The translations under genes were made by a program, and so were the position numbers. Shown one piece after another: positions 1 through 8,483 of a stretch of DNA of 64,000 nt (position 1 is its first letter; each line of letters starts with the position of its first letter). The stretch comes from Methanobacteriota archaeon (GTDB lineage Archaea; Thermoplasmatota; Poseidoniia; Poseidoniales; Poseidoniaceae). Below the pieces are notes generated by a model. It was not told where the DNA came from. It worked only from the letters and a program-made list of their open reading frames with translations, and did not search any database. The stretch is taken from positions 85 to 64,084 of the forward strand of contig JAACDG010000164.1 of the NCBI GenBank assembly GCA_009937025.1, in the 5' to 3' direction.

Positions 1-231
1 AGCACGAATTCCAACTTCAACGCCAATCAAGGCATCAAGGTCGAGTTTTCGGTCGATGTGAGCGACGTGGGCGAGTGGTGAATTGGTATTACCGAGAACA
101 GCATCGATTTTTCCGATGTAAATTCCAGATTCTGCGTTGATGATAATGGATTCAAGAGCGGGAGAGGAACCTGTAAAAGAAACCAGAAACCCTCCTTCAT
201 GGCTTTTTGACTCAATAACACCCGCGAACAT
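1..231 (-). CDS. Gar1/Naf1-like protein (H/ACA RNP component fold), running off the window edge; not in the supplied ORF track
   Basis: Own translation: MFAGVIESKSHEGGFLVSFTGSSPALESIIINAESGIYIGKIDAVLGNTNSPLAHV...; AGGTGA RBS before the ATG at 231; IGKIDAVLGNTNSPL resembles the archaeal Gar1 pattern VGxVxDVFGPVxxPY. Confidence 0.5.
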   Translation of the reverse strand, partial: MFAGVIESKSHEGGFLVSFTGSSPALESIIINAESGIYIGKIDAVLGNTNSPLAHVAHIDRKLDLDALIGVEVGIRA

Positions 232-288
232 ACTTTCACCTGCTTAATGGGCCGAACCTCCCTCTTTTGAGGGTGTCGGTTGAAGCCA

Positions 289-2307
289 TCAGTCTCTTCG
301 GCTTCGGCCTGCAAAGGCTGCACCAAGAAGAGTAATGCTTAATGTTGCCAATAAAGAGATGGCTGGTAGCCCTTCTTCAGTTTCTTTAATAATCTGTGGA
401 TCCTCGTTGTTATCAGTGTCATCATTAGAATAAGGGTTGGGAACGAAGACAGCCAATGTCGTCATTGTTCCTGATTCATCTGTAGCAGTCAATATGACGT
501 CATACACTGTAACGGGTGGGTTTTGAGCTGAGCAAGAAACAATGGGGACATCGATTTCCCAACCACTCCCATCGCGTGAGAAGTCGTTGGTTGGGTAACC
601 ACAGAGGCTGAGGGAAAGCGTTACTTCTTCACCATCTGGGTCTAACACGTCCCCTTGTAGAGTAAATGTGAAGCCACTTGCATCCCAAGTTGCATTCATA
701 CCGTCAAGGTTTTTGTTGACCACAATCACCGGGGGAAGGCTTGCTTTTTCAAGTCCAAAGTCGAGCATGAAATCAAGGTCCAACATGGTCGAACTTTGTG
801 CTTGTCCCATTATCATGACCATGCCTGGTGATAATCCTTCTAGCGGCAGTGAAATTGTTGAAGCATCTGAAGCCAGCGTAATAGTACGCATTTCACCCAT
901 AGCATTCTTTTGATGTGCGTGCGCCGAGATTGTCATTTCATTGATCAATCCTGTCGGCGTCATTGTCAACTCAATACTATCTCCTGTTGGCGAGAGAATT
1001 GCAGTTGAGGTGAACACATTACCGAATGTCCAGTTTCGTGAATCAATGGATGTTGCATCGAACGGGTCAACAACATAACATTCGGCATCAGAAGAAGTTG
1101 CTTTTGGATTTGGCTTGGAGACAATCATGTTTCCATTTTTGTCAAGTGAGGAGGACCAACCGGTTTCAGAAAAAATACAATTCAATGTCCATCCAGTGTT
1201 ATCGCTTGCCCACGTTTCTGTTTGTTCACCATTGACGGCGATAATATCAGAACTTGTTCCATCAAGCATTGGGATTATAGTGCCATCTTCTGGAGCATTT
1301 GAACTCCATTCAGGAGCATCATTGCTTTCGGGTGGCATGGTTGTAAAATCAATAAACAATTCACGTAGAACCGGGTATTCAGAGGGTGCATAGGTGACCA
1401 CTTGGTTGACTTGTAGCCGGCCATCAGGGAGATACAGGGCTTCTGGACCACTCAACAACTCATTTTCAGTTACCGTAACCGTTCCATCAGAATTTACCAA
1501 CGTATCTTGGATTGAATAGTTCGCTAATCGCAAACCTTGCTTAAGTGGGAAGTTGAGTTCTAAATGTGCATACGACATGTTGGTAACATTCAATCCCAAT
1601 GTGAAATCTGAATCTCCATTATTTGGTAATTTGTCAAAACGAACATTGTTGCTTTCTCCATCGGCTAAGAACATCATAATCTGTAAATCATCTGTAATTT
1701 CTACAGGAACTTCTTTGCATCCCTGTGCAGCACCAAGATTCTGGCATGAGCGTTCTTGAGGGTGGTTTGTTGGCACCAAATCTATTTCCTCAAGTCCAAT
1801 TCCATCTTCGACAAAGGACATGTTATTCCAATCGGGTGAGCCGCGGTGAGCAATTCCTTCTTTCATTCCAATTCGGGTGTCCATTGCTCCGATGCATTTC
1901 GGCCCAATTGCTCGAACAGCATCACGTTCATCAGTACTGATGTGGCCGTTTGCTCCACCAGAGAGTCCTTCAAACAAGCCGTCAAGGTTTTCTCGAACCA
2001 CTGAGGATTTACTGCCATTAACGAAGGAGCCAGCGTCCATTTCTGCTGTTGCCCAATCGTCTCCAACATTAATAATGAAACTTGCAAAGTCATAGTCAAA
2101 AAGGTCTTCAAATTTCAACCCTTTACATTCATCCTCTATTGAAAGACCTTGGCGACCATCAGCAGGTGAAGGTTCACTAGAATCGAGAGAGACTTGAGCG
2201 TTAAAGAGCGGTGAAGTTCCCATAAGAAGCATCAAGAAAATTAATCCAATTGCTGTTGAACTGCGCGTCAAAAGGTGTGAGATTCCACATCGGGTGTGTC
2301 CTGCCAT
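289..2307 (-). CDS. Secreted acidic cell-surface protein with C-terminal LP-motif/TM/basic anchor
   Basis: N-terminal signal peptide; D/E/S/T-rich body; ends GLPAISLLATLSITLLGAAFAGRSRRD. Confidence 0.7.
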   Translation of the reverse strand: MAGHTRCGISHLLTRSSTAIGLIFLMLLMGTSPLFNAQVSLDSSEPSPADGRQGLSIEDECKGLKFEDLFDYDFASFIINVGDDWATAEMDAGSFVNGSKSSVVRENLDGLFEGLSGGANGHISTDERDAVRAIGPKCIGAMDTRIGMKEGIAHRGSPDWNNMSFVEDGIGLEEIDLVPTNHPQERSCQNLGAAQGCKEVPVEITDDLQIMMFLADGESNNVRFDKLPNNGDSDFTLGLNVTNMSYAHLELNFPLKQGLRLANYSIQDTLVNSDGTVTVTENELLSGPEALYLPDGRLQVNQVVTYAPSEYPVLRELFIDFTTMPPESNDAPEWSSNAPEDGTIIPMLDGTSSDIIAVNGEQTETWASDNTGWTLNCIFSETGWSSSLDKNGNMIVSKPNPKATSSDAECYVVDPFDATSIDSRNWTFGNVFTSTAILSPTGDSIELTMTPTGLINEMTISAHAHQKNAMGEMRTITLASDASTISLPLEGLSPGMVMIMGQAQSSTMLDLDFMLDFGLEKASLPPVIVVNKNLDGMNATWDASGFTFTLQGDVLDPDGEEVTLSLSLCGYPTNDFSRDGSGWEIDVPIVSCSAQNPPVTVYDVILTATDESGTMTTLAVFVPNPYSNDDTDNNEDPQIIKETEEGLPAISLLATLSITLLGAAFAGRSRRD

Positions 2308-2372
2308 ACCTCTCCGTCGTCATCCAGCCTCAAAGAGGCTTTCGTTTGAAAATAACTTCATGGGCTAGTTCA

Positions 2373-3203
2373 TCAAGGAAGAATCTTCTCCATTCTTCGA
2401 ACAAAGAGCCATGATGGAAGAACTGTCCATACCAATGCCATGGCCCACGATTGCCATGCAGCGATTCCTCTGTCGATTTGCGGTAGGCGCGTTTCGAGTA
2501 GATGATGGTAGACGCCGTTGGGTGAAAGTAAATCCAAACCGCCTTCTAACATAATCCATGCAGCATTATTTTCTTGCCCAATCGAAACACCAGATGCATA
2601 CGCCACCATGGTCGTCACCAAAGCCCAAAGGAATGTAAAGAGGAACCAAAGACCAACACCAAAAGAGATTGCAGTTCCTTGTTCTCTCGTGTATGAAGAT
2701 GCCAAGAGAGTGAACAATACATACCAAAGTAGAATCAATGCTGTTGAAGTAAAATAAACCAAACAATCGGTAATGGATAACCATTCACCCATACGGTAGC
2801 GAACGATGAGGACAGAAAAGAGGAGAAGAACCCACGTCGGCCCCAAAATCGCTCGCCAAGAGCCAAGAATCATTGCAATAGCCTGATGAGACCGAGGCAT
2901 GGGTTGTGAAAGTCGTAATTCGAGCACTCCACTTGCTCGTTCTTTGCTCACTGAATCGTATGAAAGTAAAACTGCACACATAGTTGCACCAAAAACTACA
3001 CCTAGACTGGCATAGAAGAGAACTTCCATGGCCGTATCGGGTTGATGACCCCCGGGGAGAACAATGTTTGGGTCTGAAAAACCCCAAGCCATTCCAGGAA
3101 TAAACAACAACAAGATTGGAAGCATGATGTACATCCGTGTTGATAACAGTCGCTCTAGCATGAGGCGTTTTGCAAATAACATGATGCGTGAAAAATCACT
3201 CAT
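2373..3203 (-). CDS. ABC-2 type exporter permease
   Basis: About 6 TM segments; YDSVSKERASGVLELRLSQP motif; overlaps the ATPase stop. Confidence 0.85.
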   Translation of the reverse strand: MSDFSRIMLFAKRLMLERLLSTRMYIMLPILLLFIPGMAWGFSDPNIVLPGGHQPDTAMEVLFYASLGVVFGATMCAVLLSYDSVSKERASGVLELRLSQPMPRSHQAIAMILGSWRAILGPTWVLLLFSVLIVRYRMGEWLSITDCLVYFTSTALILLWYVLFTLLASSYTREQGTAISFGVGLWFLFTFLWALVTTMVAYASGVSIGQENNAAWIMLEGGLDLLSPNGVYHHLLETRLPQIDRGIAAWQSWAMALVWTVLPSWLFVRRMEKILP

Positions 3204-4225
3204 TCTTCTTCACCTCGAAATGTGCGAAGGGGTAGAACTGCGGTAGAAGATACTTCGAGTCCTACATCCTCAATGGATTGACCGGTTGCTGCACAGAGCA
3301 TTTCAATGACATTTGGTTGCCGAACATTCCATGAGATTACTTCGAATCCATCTTCGACTAATTTTTTCAACAGACCAGGTTCACTTTTAGCAAGAACTGC
3401 TTTCCAATCCTTGGAGAATTGTTCGATTTCAATGGACTTGTCGCTGACACCGTATTTGGAGAAGTCCGGTGCATCCCCCTCGCCAGTAATTTCTGTTTTT
3501 TTATCGAGATTAAGATATTGGGCAACTTCAATCATTGTCCCTTCTGTAAGGATTTGGCCACGATGCATAAGGGCTAATCGGTCAATGATTTCAACCAATC
3601 CTTCGACTTGATGGGAAGAGAGGACGATGGAAACACCCTTGTCCTTTAGTTTCCCGAGCAACACGACAAATGCTGCTGCTGCAACTGGGTCAAGGCCGTT
3701 GAGCGGTTCATCAAGCAAGAGAATCTTTGGCGAGCCAAGCAAAGCAGCAGCAAGAGTTAGACGTTGACGCATTCCTTGACTCAATTCATTCAAAGGTGCT
3801 TCAATTCGACTTTGCAAGCCGACCAGTTTGAGCAGTCCATCAATCCGTGATTCACTGACTTGCCGCATTTCACCAATTTCAAGTAAGGCATCTCGAACTG
3901 TTTTCCTTCCTTGCCAACGAACTTGTTCAGGCATATGTCCAACAAGTTTCCTTAAGTGTTCATCAGAAAGTACAGTTCCTCTATCTTCGTCATTGTCATG
4001 CACTGAACCGGATTGGAGAGGCAATATTCCAGCCATCATTCGCAAGAGCGTCGTTTTACCTGCACCGTTAGGACCGACCAGCCCCAAAATGGTGCCTTTG
4101 TGAAGTGAAAGGTTAGCTGAAAAAATCCCTTGGCCACGTATTCTACGCCATGGTTTGAACGTTCGTGGAGCGTACAAGGAATGCCTGTAGGTTGCATCCA
4201 TCAAATGCAATACTACCTCGTCCAT
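3200..4225 (-). CDS. ABC transporter ATP-binding protein
   Basis: Walker A GPNGAGKTT, signature LSQGMRQR, Walker B LLLDEP, H-loop SSH. Confidence 0.93.
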   Translation of the reverse strand: MDEVVLHLMDATYRHSLYAPRTFKPWRRIRGQGIFSANLSLHKGTILGLVGPNGAGKTTLLRMMAGILPLQSGSVHDNDEDRGTVLSDEHLRKLVGHMPEQVRWQGRKTVRDALLEIGEMRQVSESRIDGLLKLVGLQSRIEAPLNELSQGMRQRLTLAAALLGSPKILLLDEPLNGLDPVAAAAFVVLLGKLKDKGVSIVLSSHQVEGLVEIIDRLALMHRGQILTEGTMIEVAQYLNLDKKTEITGEGDAPDFSKYGVSDKSIEIEQFSKDWKAVLAKSEPGLLKKLVEDGFEVISWNVRQPNVIEMLCAATGQSIEDVGLEVSSTAVLPLRTFRGEEE

Positions 4226-4324
4226 GTCTCGGCGAAGCGGTCGAGGTTTGACAAACTACCGTTTGAACTGGGTTCAAACCCCAAGACTCTTGACACATAT
4301 CTTCTTTCCAAGGATGGGTTGAAG

Positions 4325-5221
4325 ATGATTGGATATCTTGTTCCGACACTTTTGCTCGCGTTGGGACTCGCCATTGCCATTTTCATCGAACGTCAAATTT
4401 CGAAAGAAGACGAACCTTTTGATTGGCGAACTGGGTTTGGTCCAATGGGTCTTGAAGCCCTCATTCTGACACTTATCTTGATATGGATTGTCCCAGGGGG
4501 AATCCTCCTCCTTGGCCCCGTTATGCTTATTCTCTCTGTTCTCAGTCCAGCTGGCCGTGTTGCTTGGAGCGACCACAAACGACCCCGTGTCATGGTGAGT
4601 ATTTGCTTAGCAGTGATGTTTACTGTTGGGGGGTTTACGCCGGTCTCTTCTCCAACCTCCCCTTCTGAATGGGGCCAACCGTTGTTTACCGAGAATCCCA
4701 ACGCACCACTTTATCCGGCAGGCGAACAGTATACTTGGCTAATGTTGCCCGAAGGATTTGGAAATGCAGATTTGGAAATCATCCAATCGTTATCTCTTCG
4801 ACTTCCCTATCAGTATGGTTCATTTGGTGCTGAATCCTCGGCATTTTGGCTTGCATCCCTGTTCAACATGGAGCAAGGTCGCCTGAATCAAGCAGTAGAA
4901 TTGTTGGACCAAGAAGTATCTGCTTTCCGTATTGATGTTAATGAAATGAAATTAGAACCAATTGCAATCGAAAACACACATCGATATGCCTCAACCGAAC
5001 AAGGCGTCGACCAAATTGTCAGTGTTCGGTTGTATGAATTGCGTAGCCTCTCTATTGGGGTCGATGAAGAGGGCATAAAAGTCGGTGAAGTTCTCTGTGT
5101 AGGAACAAGTAATTGGGGGGGAGAACTCGATGTTTTGGTCATTGTTCGACCCATCGGCCACTCTGGACTTTCGAACGATCGATATTCAGTACCTTTGGTT
5201 CTTGATTGGCTCTCTGCCTGA
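4325..5221 (+). CDS. Hypothetical membrane protein
   Basis: Start re-assigned to ATG 4325 (MIGYLV), which avoids overlap with the divergent ATPase gene; 3-4 N-terminal TM segments followed by a soluble domain. Confidence 0.6.
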   Translation: MIGYLVPTLLLALGLAIAIFIERQISKEDEPFDWRTGFGPMGLEALILTLILIWIVPGGILLLGPVMLILSVLSPAGRVAWSDHKRPRVMVSICLAVMFTVGGFTPVSSPTSPSEWGQPLFTENPNAPLYPAGEQYTWLMLPEGFGNADLEIIQSLSLRLPYQYGSFGAESSAFWLASLFNMEQGRLNQAVELLDQEVSAFRIDVNEMKLEPIAIENTHRYASTEQGVDQIVSVRLYELRSLSIGVDEEGIKVGEVLCVGTSNWGGELDVLVIVRPIGHSGLSNDRYSVPLVLDWLSA

Positions 5222-5266
5222 GCAGTTCCCCGTTTAACCTTCATTTGAAGAAGTGGCAAAAGGAGA

Positions 5267-5282
5267 TTTAGGGCGACCTAAA
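5267..5282. promoter_or_regulatory. Putative DtxR/SirR/MntR-type operator, box 1 (TTTAGG-GCGA-CCTAAA)
   Basis: Perfect 6-4-6 palindrome immediately upstream of the TATA-like TTCATATA (5284-5291). Confidence 0.75.
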
Positions 5283-5283
5283 C

Positions 5284-5291
5284 TTCATATA
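5284..5291 (+). promoter_or_regulatory. Putative TATA box of the binding-protein operon
   Basis: TTCATATA lying between the two palindromes, about 40 nt upstream of ATG 5331. Confidence 0.55.
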
Positions 5292-5299
5292 CTTCGGGT

Positions 5300-5315
5300 T
5301 TTAGGGCCCCCTAAA
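5300..5315. promoter_or_regulatory. Putative DtxR/SirR/MntR-type operator, box 2 (TTTAGG-GCCC-CCTAAA)
   Basis: Second palindrome with identical arms, 33 bp after box 1, covering the expected transcription start. Confidence 0.75.
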
Positions 5316-5330
5316 CCAGTAGGCCCTAGC

Positions 5331-6479
5331 ATGAAGTTAAAAACGCTAAAATCAACATTGCTCGTATTCTTAATTGCCACAGCATCCCTAGCGGGATGTC
5401 TCGGAACTGAGGATGAAAAAGAAACCCCAGACTTAGAAGATTTTGTCATTGCTTACAGTGTCAAAGACGACTACACGAACGTCGATGAAAACCCTCAGCG
5501 ATTGGCGGATTATTTGGGTGAAGAACTCAACATGGATGTTTCACTCTATCCAATAGATTCCGAAGGGGCTGCTCTTGAAGCCCTTCGTTTCGGAAACGCA
5601 GACATGGCTTTCATGGATGGCGGCGCTGCTTGGGTCGGATGGCAACAATACGGTCTTGAAGCACTTGCAGCAGACCAAAAGTCCGATGGCCGAACTTATT
5701 ACAACGCTCATGCCGTTGTTTTGAACGGTTCAGATATCGCTAATGCTTATTTGGATGACGATGATTCAACTGATCCATTCGCAATGATGGAAGGTAAGAC
5801 ATCTTGCCACACAGGTTGGCTCAAATCAGCCGGTATGTTGCTCCCAATGGGACACCTGATTTCCCAAGGATATGCACCGGTTGTTGGTCCACAAGATGAC
5901 ATTGAATCTCTTCGAGATACCATTCATGCTTTCTTTAACGAAAATGCAAGCATTCCAGACTCAGGAACTCCATACTATTCCTACTCTGGCGCAGTCAAGT
6001 GCCTTACAGAAGGTGTAGGTGATGTTGCCTTTGCTAAGGATTCAACAGTCGCAAAGTATTGTGGTAATGACAATGCAAGCGCAAACGAGGCTTGGTGCCT
6101 ACCGGAGTCGGATTACATCCTACTCCCTTCATACGGTAACGCTCCATCCCACCCTGTCATGTATAATCCTGCAATGCTCGACGTTCAAACTCGAACAGCA
6201 ATCCTCAATGCTTTGCTTTCCTTGAATGGTCAAATGTATGTTGAAAACTATACAATGCAAGGGCAGACGTTCACTGGATGCTACAACATGGCAACGCATA
6301 TTGTTGACAGCACTTCGCCACAAAACCAGTGTGGAGATCAAATTCTAACGAATGTTCTCAACACCCCTGGACTTGTCGAAGCAAATACACAAGAACATCT
6401 TGGAAGCTATAGCGGCCTGATTAGTGCTATTCCTGGAATCTCTAACTACTTTGATACCAAGTTTGAAATTACAGAATAA
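5331..6479 (+). CDS. Transferrin-like (PhnD/SsuA/transferrin family) substrate-binding lipoprotein, probably binding Fe(III)
   Basis: Lipobox SLAGC; motifs ADMAFMDGG, YYNAHAVV, GKTSCHTGWLKSAG, YYSYSGAVKCLTEGVGDVAFAK and APSHPV match a transferrin lobe. Confidence 0.8.
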   Translation: MKLKTLKSTLLVFLIATASLAGCLGTEDEKETPDLEDFVIAYSVKDDYTNVDENPQRLADYLGEELNMDVSLYPIDSEGAALEALRFGNADMAFMDGGAAWVGWQQYGLEALAADQKSDGRTYYNAHAVVLNGSDIANAYLDDDDSTDPFAMMEGKTSCHTGWLKSAGMLLPMGHLISQGYAPVVGPQDDIESLRDTIHAFFNENASIPDSGTPYYSYSGAVKCLTEGVGDVAFAKDSTVAKYCGNDNASANEAWCLPESDYILLPSYGNAPSHPVMYNPAMLDVQTRTAILNALLSLNGQMYVENYTMQGQTFTGCYNMATHIVDSTSPQNQCGDQILTNVLNTPGLVEANTQEHLGSYSGLISAIPGISNYFDTKFEITE

Positions 6480-6504
6480 ATGTAGAGGCTTTTTGAATTT
6501 AATC

Positions 6505-6548
6505 GGTGGAATGGTCCCCGTCCTCACCCTTTCTTGGGCCATTCCACC
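6505..6548 (+). other. Intercistronic stem-loop (13 bp including one G-U pair, 18-nt loop)
   Basis: GGTGGAATGGTCC (6505-6517) pairs with GGGCCATTCCACC (6536-6548). Confidence 0.65.
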
Positions 6549-6642
6549 ACCCTGTGCTTAGAAAAACAAACTGAAAATATACTCTTCATTCCACCAACCG
6601 TTTCAAAAAGGAAAGGCATTACGATAGAATCGAGGGTTATCT

Positions 6643-7326
6643 ATGAAAGAGCCAGTACTCATTCTCAAGAACTTGAGTGTGGGCTATGATGAACCATTGA
6701 TTTCGAATATTAATGTAGAAGTTTTACCAGGTGAAGTTATCGCTATTCTCGGCACATCTGGAATTGGTAAAACCACATTACTTCGGACTGTTTCAGGTCT
6801 CGTTCGCCCCCTCTCGGGGTCGTTTGATTTGAACGTCAATAAACGTGGAGGTTTGGGATATATTCCTCAACGTTTAGGTTTGGTCCGACATGCTACAGTT
6901 ATTCACAATGTCTCACTTGGTGCTCGAGCGAATATTGGTTTTTCTCGAAACATGTGGAAGGAACGTTCTGAACGAACAATGCAAGCATTAGAACAGCTTG
7001 GGATTGCAGAGAAAGCGAATGAACCTGTTCGACGATTATCAGGTGGGCAACAACGAAGAGTTGCTACTGCACGTCCATTAGCTCAGAGGCCACAATTGTT
7101 ACTGGCTGATGAATTCCTTGGAGAACTTGACAATTTAAATGTTGAACTTGTCTTCGAATCAGTCGACCAATTGGTCGCGGAAGGGACTGCGGTAATCATG
7201 GTTGAACATCATGACGATAATGCTGTTAAGTTTGCTTCACGGATTTGGAATCTCAAAGATGGAGTGCTTCATGACATGACCATCGATGAATGGAAGCAGC
7301 AACCAAAAGGGGGCGAAGAAGAATGA
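6643..7326 (+). CDS. ABC transporter ATP-binding protein (PhnC-like)
   Basis: Walker A GTSGIGKTT, signature LSGGQQRR, Walker B LLLADE. Confidence 0.9.
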   Translation: MKEPVLILKNLSVGYDEPLISNINVEVLPGEVIAILGTSGIGKTTLLRTVSGLVRPLSGSFDLNVNKRGGLGYIPQRLGLVRHATVIHNVSLGARANIGFSRNMWKERSERTMQALEQLGIAEKANEPVRRLSGGQQRRVATARPLAQRPQLLLADEFLGELDNLNVELVFESVDQLVAEGTAVIMVEHHDDNAVKFASRIWNLKDGVLHDMTIDEWKQQPKGGEEE

Positions 7327-8186
7327 AATATCGCCTGTTTGGAATCATCATCGTCTTGCTTCTGCTGGCTTGGCAAACTCTCGATGGTTTAATCGAAGGG
7401 GATTGGGGCAGACTTGAGGGTGGTTTTGGAAACCTTTCTATCTTTTTCTCTGAAAGTATGTGGCCTCCAGAATGGAGCATTCTCGAACCACGATCTTATC
7501 CAGTATGCGAATCAAACATTCAGTTTTTTTGTTCAGTTGGGTATATTGGAATGATGGAAACCATAAAAATCGCTTTTGTTGCTACAATTCTTGGTTTCAT
7601 AGGGGCTTTGTGCTTTTCATCACTTGCAGCCCGCAACTTAGTTCCGCTTTATGTCTCGATTCCAGTGAGAATCTTCCTTTCAGCAACGCGTAGTCTGCCA
7701 AGTTTGATTTGGGCGATTTTATTTGTCAACGTCATCGGTCTTGGTCCACTTTCCGGAGTATTAGCAATGACTTTCTACACCATTGGTTATCTTGGTAAGT
7801 TACAGTATGAGACCTTTGAAGGAATGGCAAATGACCCACTTGAAGCGAGTCGCGCAATGGGGCTTTCTCGAAGCAGCATCTTGTTGAATGTGGTGATTCC
7901 AGAAAACAGTAATCATCTTTTGAGTCAACTCATGTTTATGTTCGAATACAATGTTCGTCATGGAACAGTCATCGGAATTGTAGGTGCAGGAGGAATTGGC
8001 TATTACATCAGCACCTATCTCAAATTCCTTCAATATGAGAAAGTATTTGCACTTCTCATTCTGATTTTTGTCGTTGTGGTTTTCATTGATTTACTCTCAA
8101 TGATGATTCGCTCGTTTGTCAATGATGAAGGCGACGTTCGTCGTCCAACTTGGTTGAATCTTATCCTCTCTCCGAAAGAAGAATAA
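7323..8186 (+). CDS. ABC importer permease (PhnE/PtxC-like)
   Basis: ATGA overlap with the ATPase; RSLPSLIWAILF, EASRAMG (EAA loop), FEYNVRHGTVIGIVGAGGIG. Confidence 0.88.
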   Translation: MKYRLFGIIIVLLLLAWQTLDGLIEGDWGRLEGGFGNLSIFFSESMWPPEWSILEPRSYPVCESNIQFFCSVGYIGMMETIKIAFVATILGFIGALCFSSLAARNLVPLYVSIPVRIFLSATRSLPSLIWAILFVNVIGLGPLSGVLAMTFYTIGYLGKLQYETFEGMANDPLEASRAMGLSRSSILLNVVIPENSNHLLSQLMFMFEYNVRHGTVIGIVGAGGIGYYISTYLKFLQYEKVFALLILIFVVVVFIDLLSMMIRSFVNDEGDVRRPTWLNLILSPKEE

Positions 8187-8203
8187 TTCGACGAATTCAA
8201 GAA

Positions 8204-8419
8204 TCACTCTGCAGCGATGTGCAGCGAACCGTCTTTGTAAAACACTTGAATTCGGTCCGGAACTTTGCGCGTTAATGCCGCAACTGCTTCATAGACCTCA
8301 TCTTCTTTGACTTTGAAAGACTTGGCTGCCTTTGGAGTTGACCAAGCGACGGTTTCGAAATCGGATTGTCGAATCCATTCAAAGATACGCGCTTCCAGTT
8401 CAGTCAATTCCTCCGCCAT
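8204..8419 (-). CDS. Small hypothetical protein, possible winged-helix
   Basis: Start re-assigned to MAEELTELEARIFEWI; LTELExxI pattern followed by helices and a beta hairpin; TTTGAG at -27..-22. Confidence 0.55.
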   Translation of the reverse strand: MAEELTELEARIFEWIRQSDFETVAWSTPKAAKSFKVKEDEVYEAVAALTRKVPDRIQVFYKDGSLHIAAE

Positions 8420-8483
8420 GAATACCGCAGAGCGACTACCCTCAAAACTGCACCGCTTCAACAGCGGCAAAAAAACAACCGGT

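Noticed and set aside
2326-2340. Palindrome AGCCTC-AAA-GAGGCT over the putative TATA element
   Set aside because: A single 6-bp-arm instance with no second copy seen; it could be chance.
6505-6548. Eukaryote-like iron-responsive element
   Set aside because: There is no CAGUGN apical loop or bulged C; the loop is 18 nt.
7066-7086. ATPase ARPLAQ instead of the usual ARALAQ as a sign of inactivation
   Set aside because: It is a single substitution outside the catalytic motifs and could be a variant or a read error; Walker A/B, signature and H-loop are intact.
5331-8186. Plain phosphonate/phosphite transporter (phnDCE/ptxABC)
   Set aside because: The permease and ATPase fit, but the binding protein has transferrin ligand motifs rather than the PhnD STSG anion loop, the promoter has DtxR-type boxes, and no phosphorus-catabolic genes are adjacent. 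Disfavoured, not excluded.
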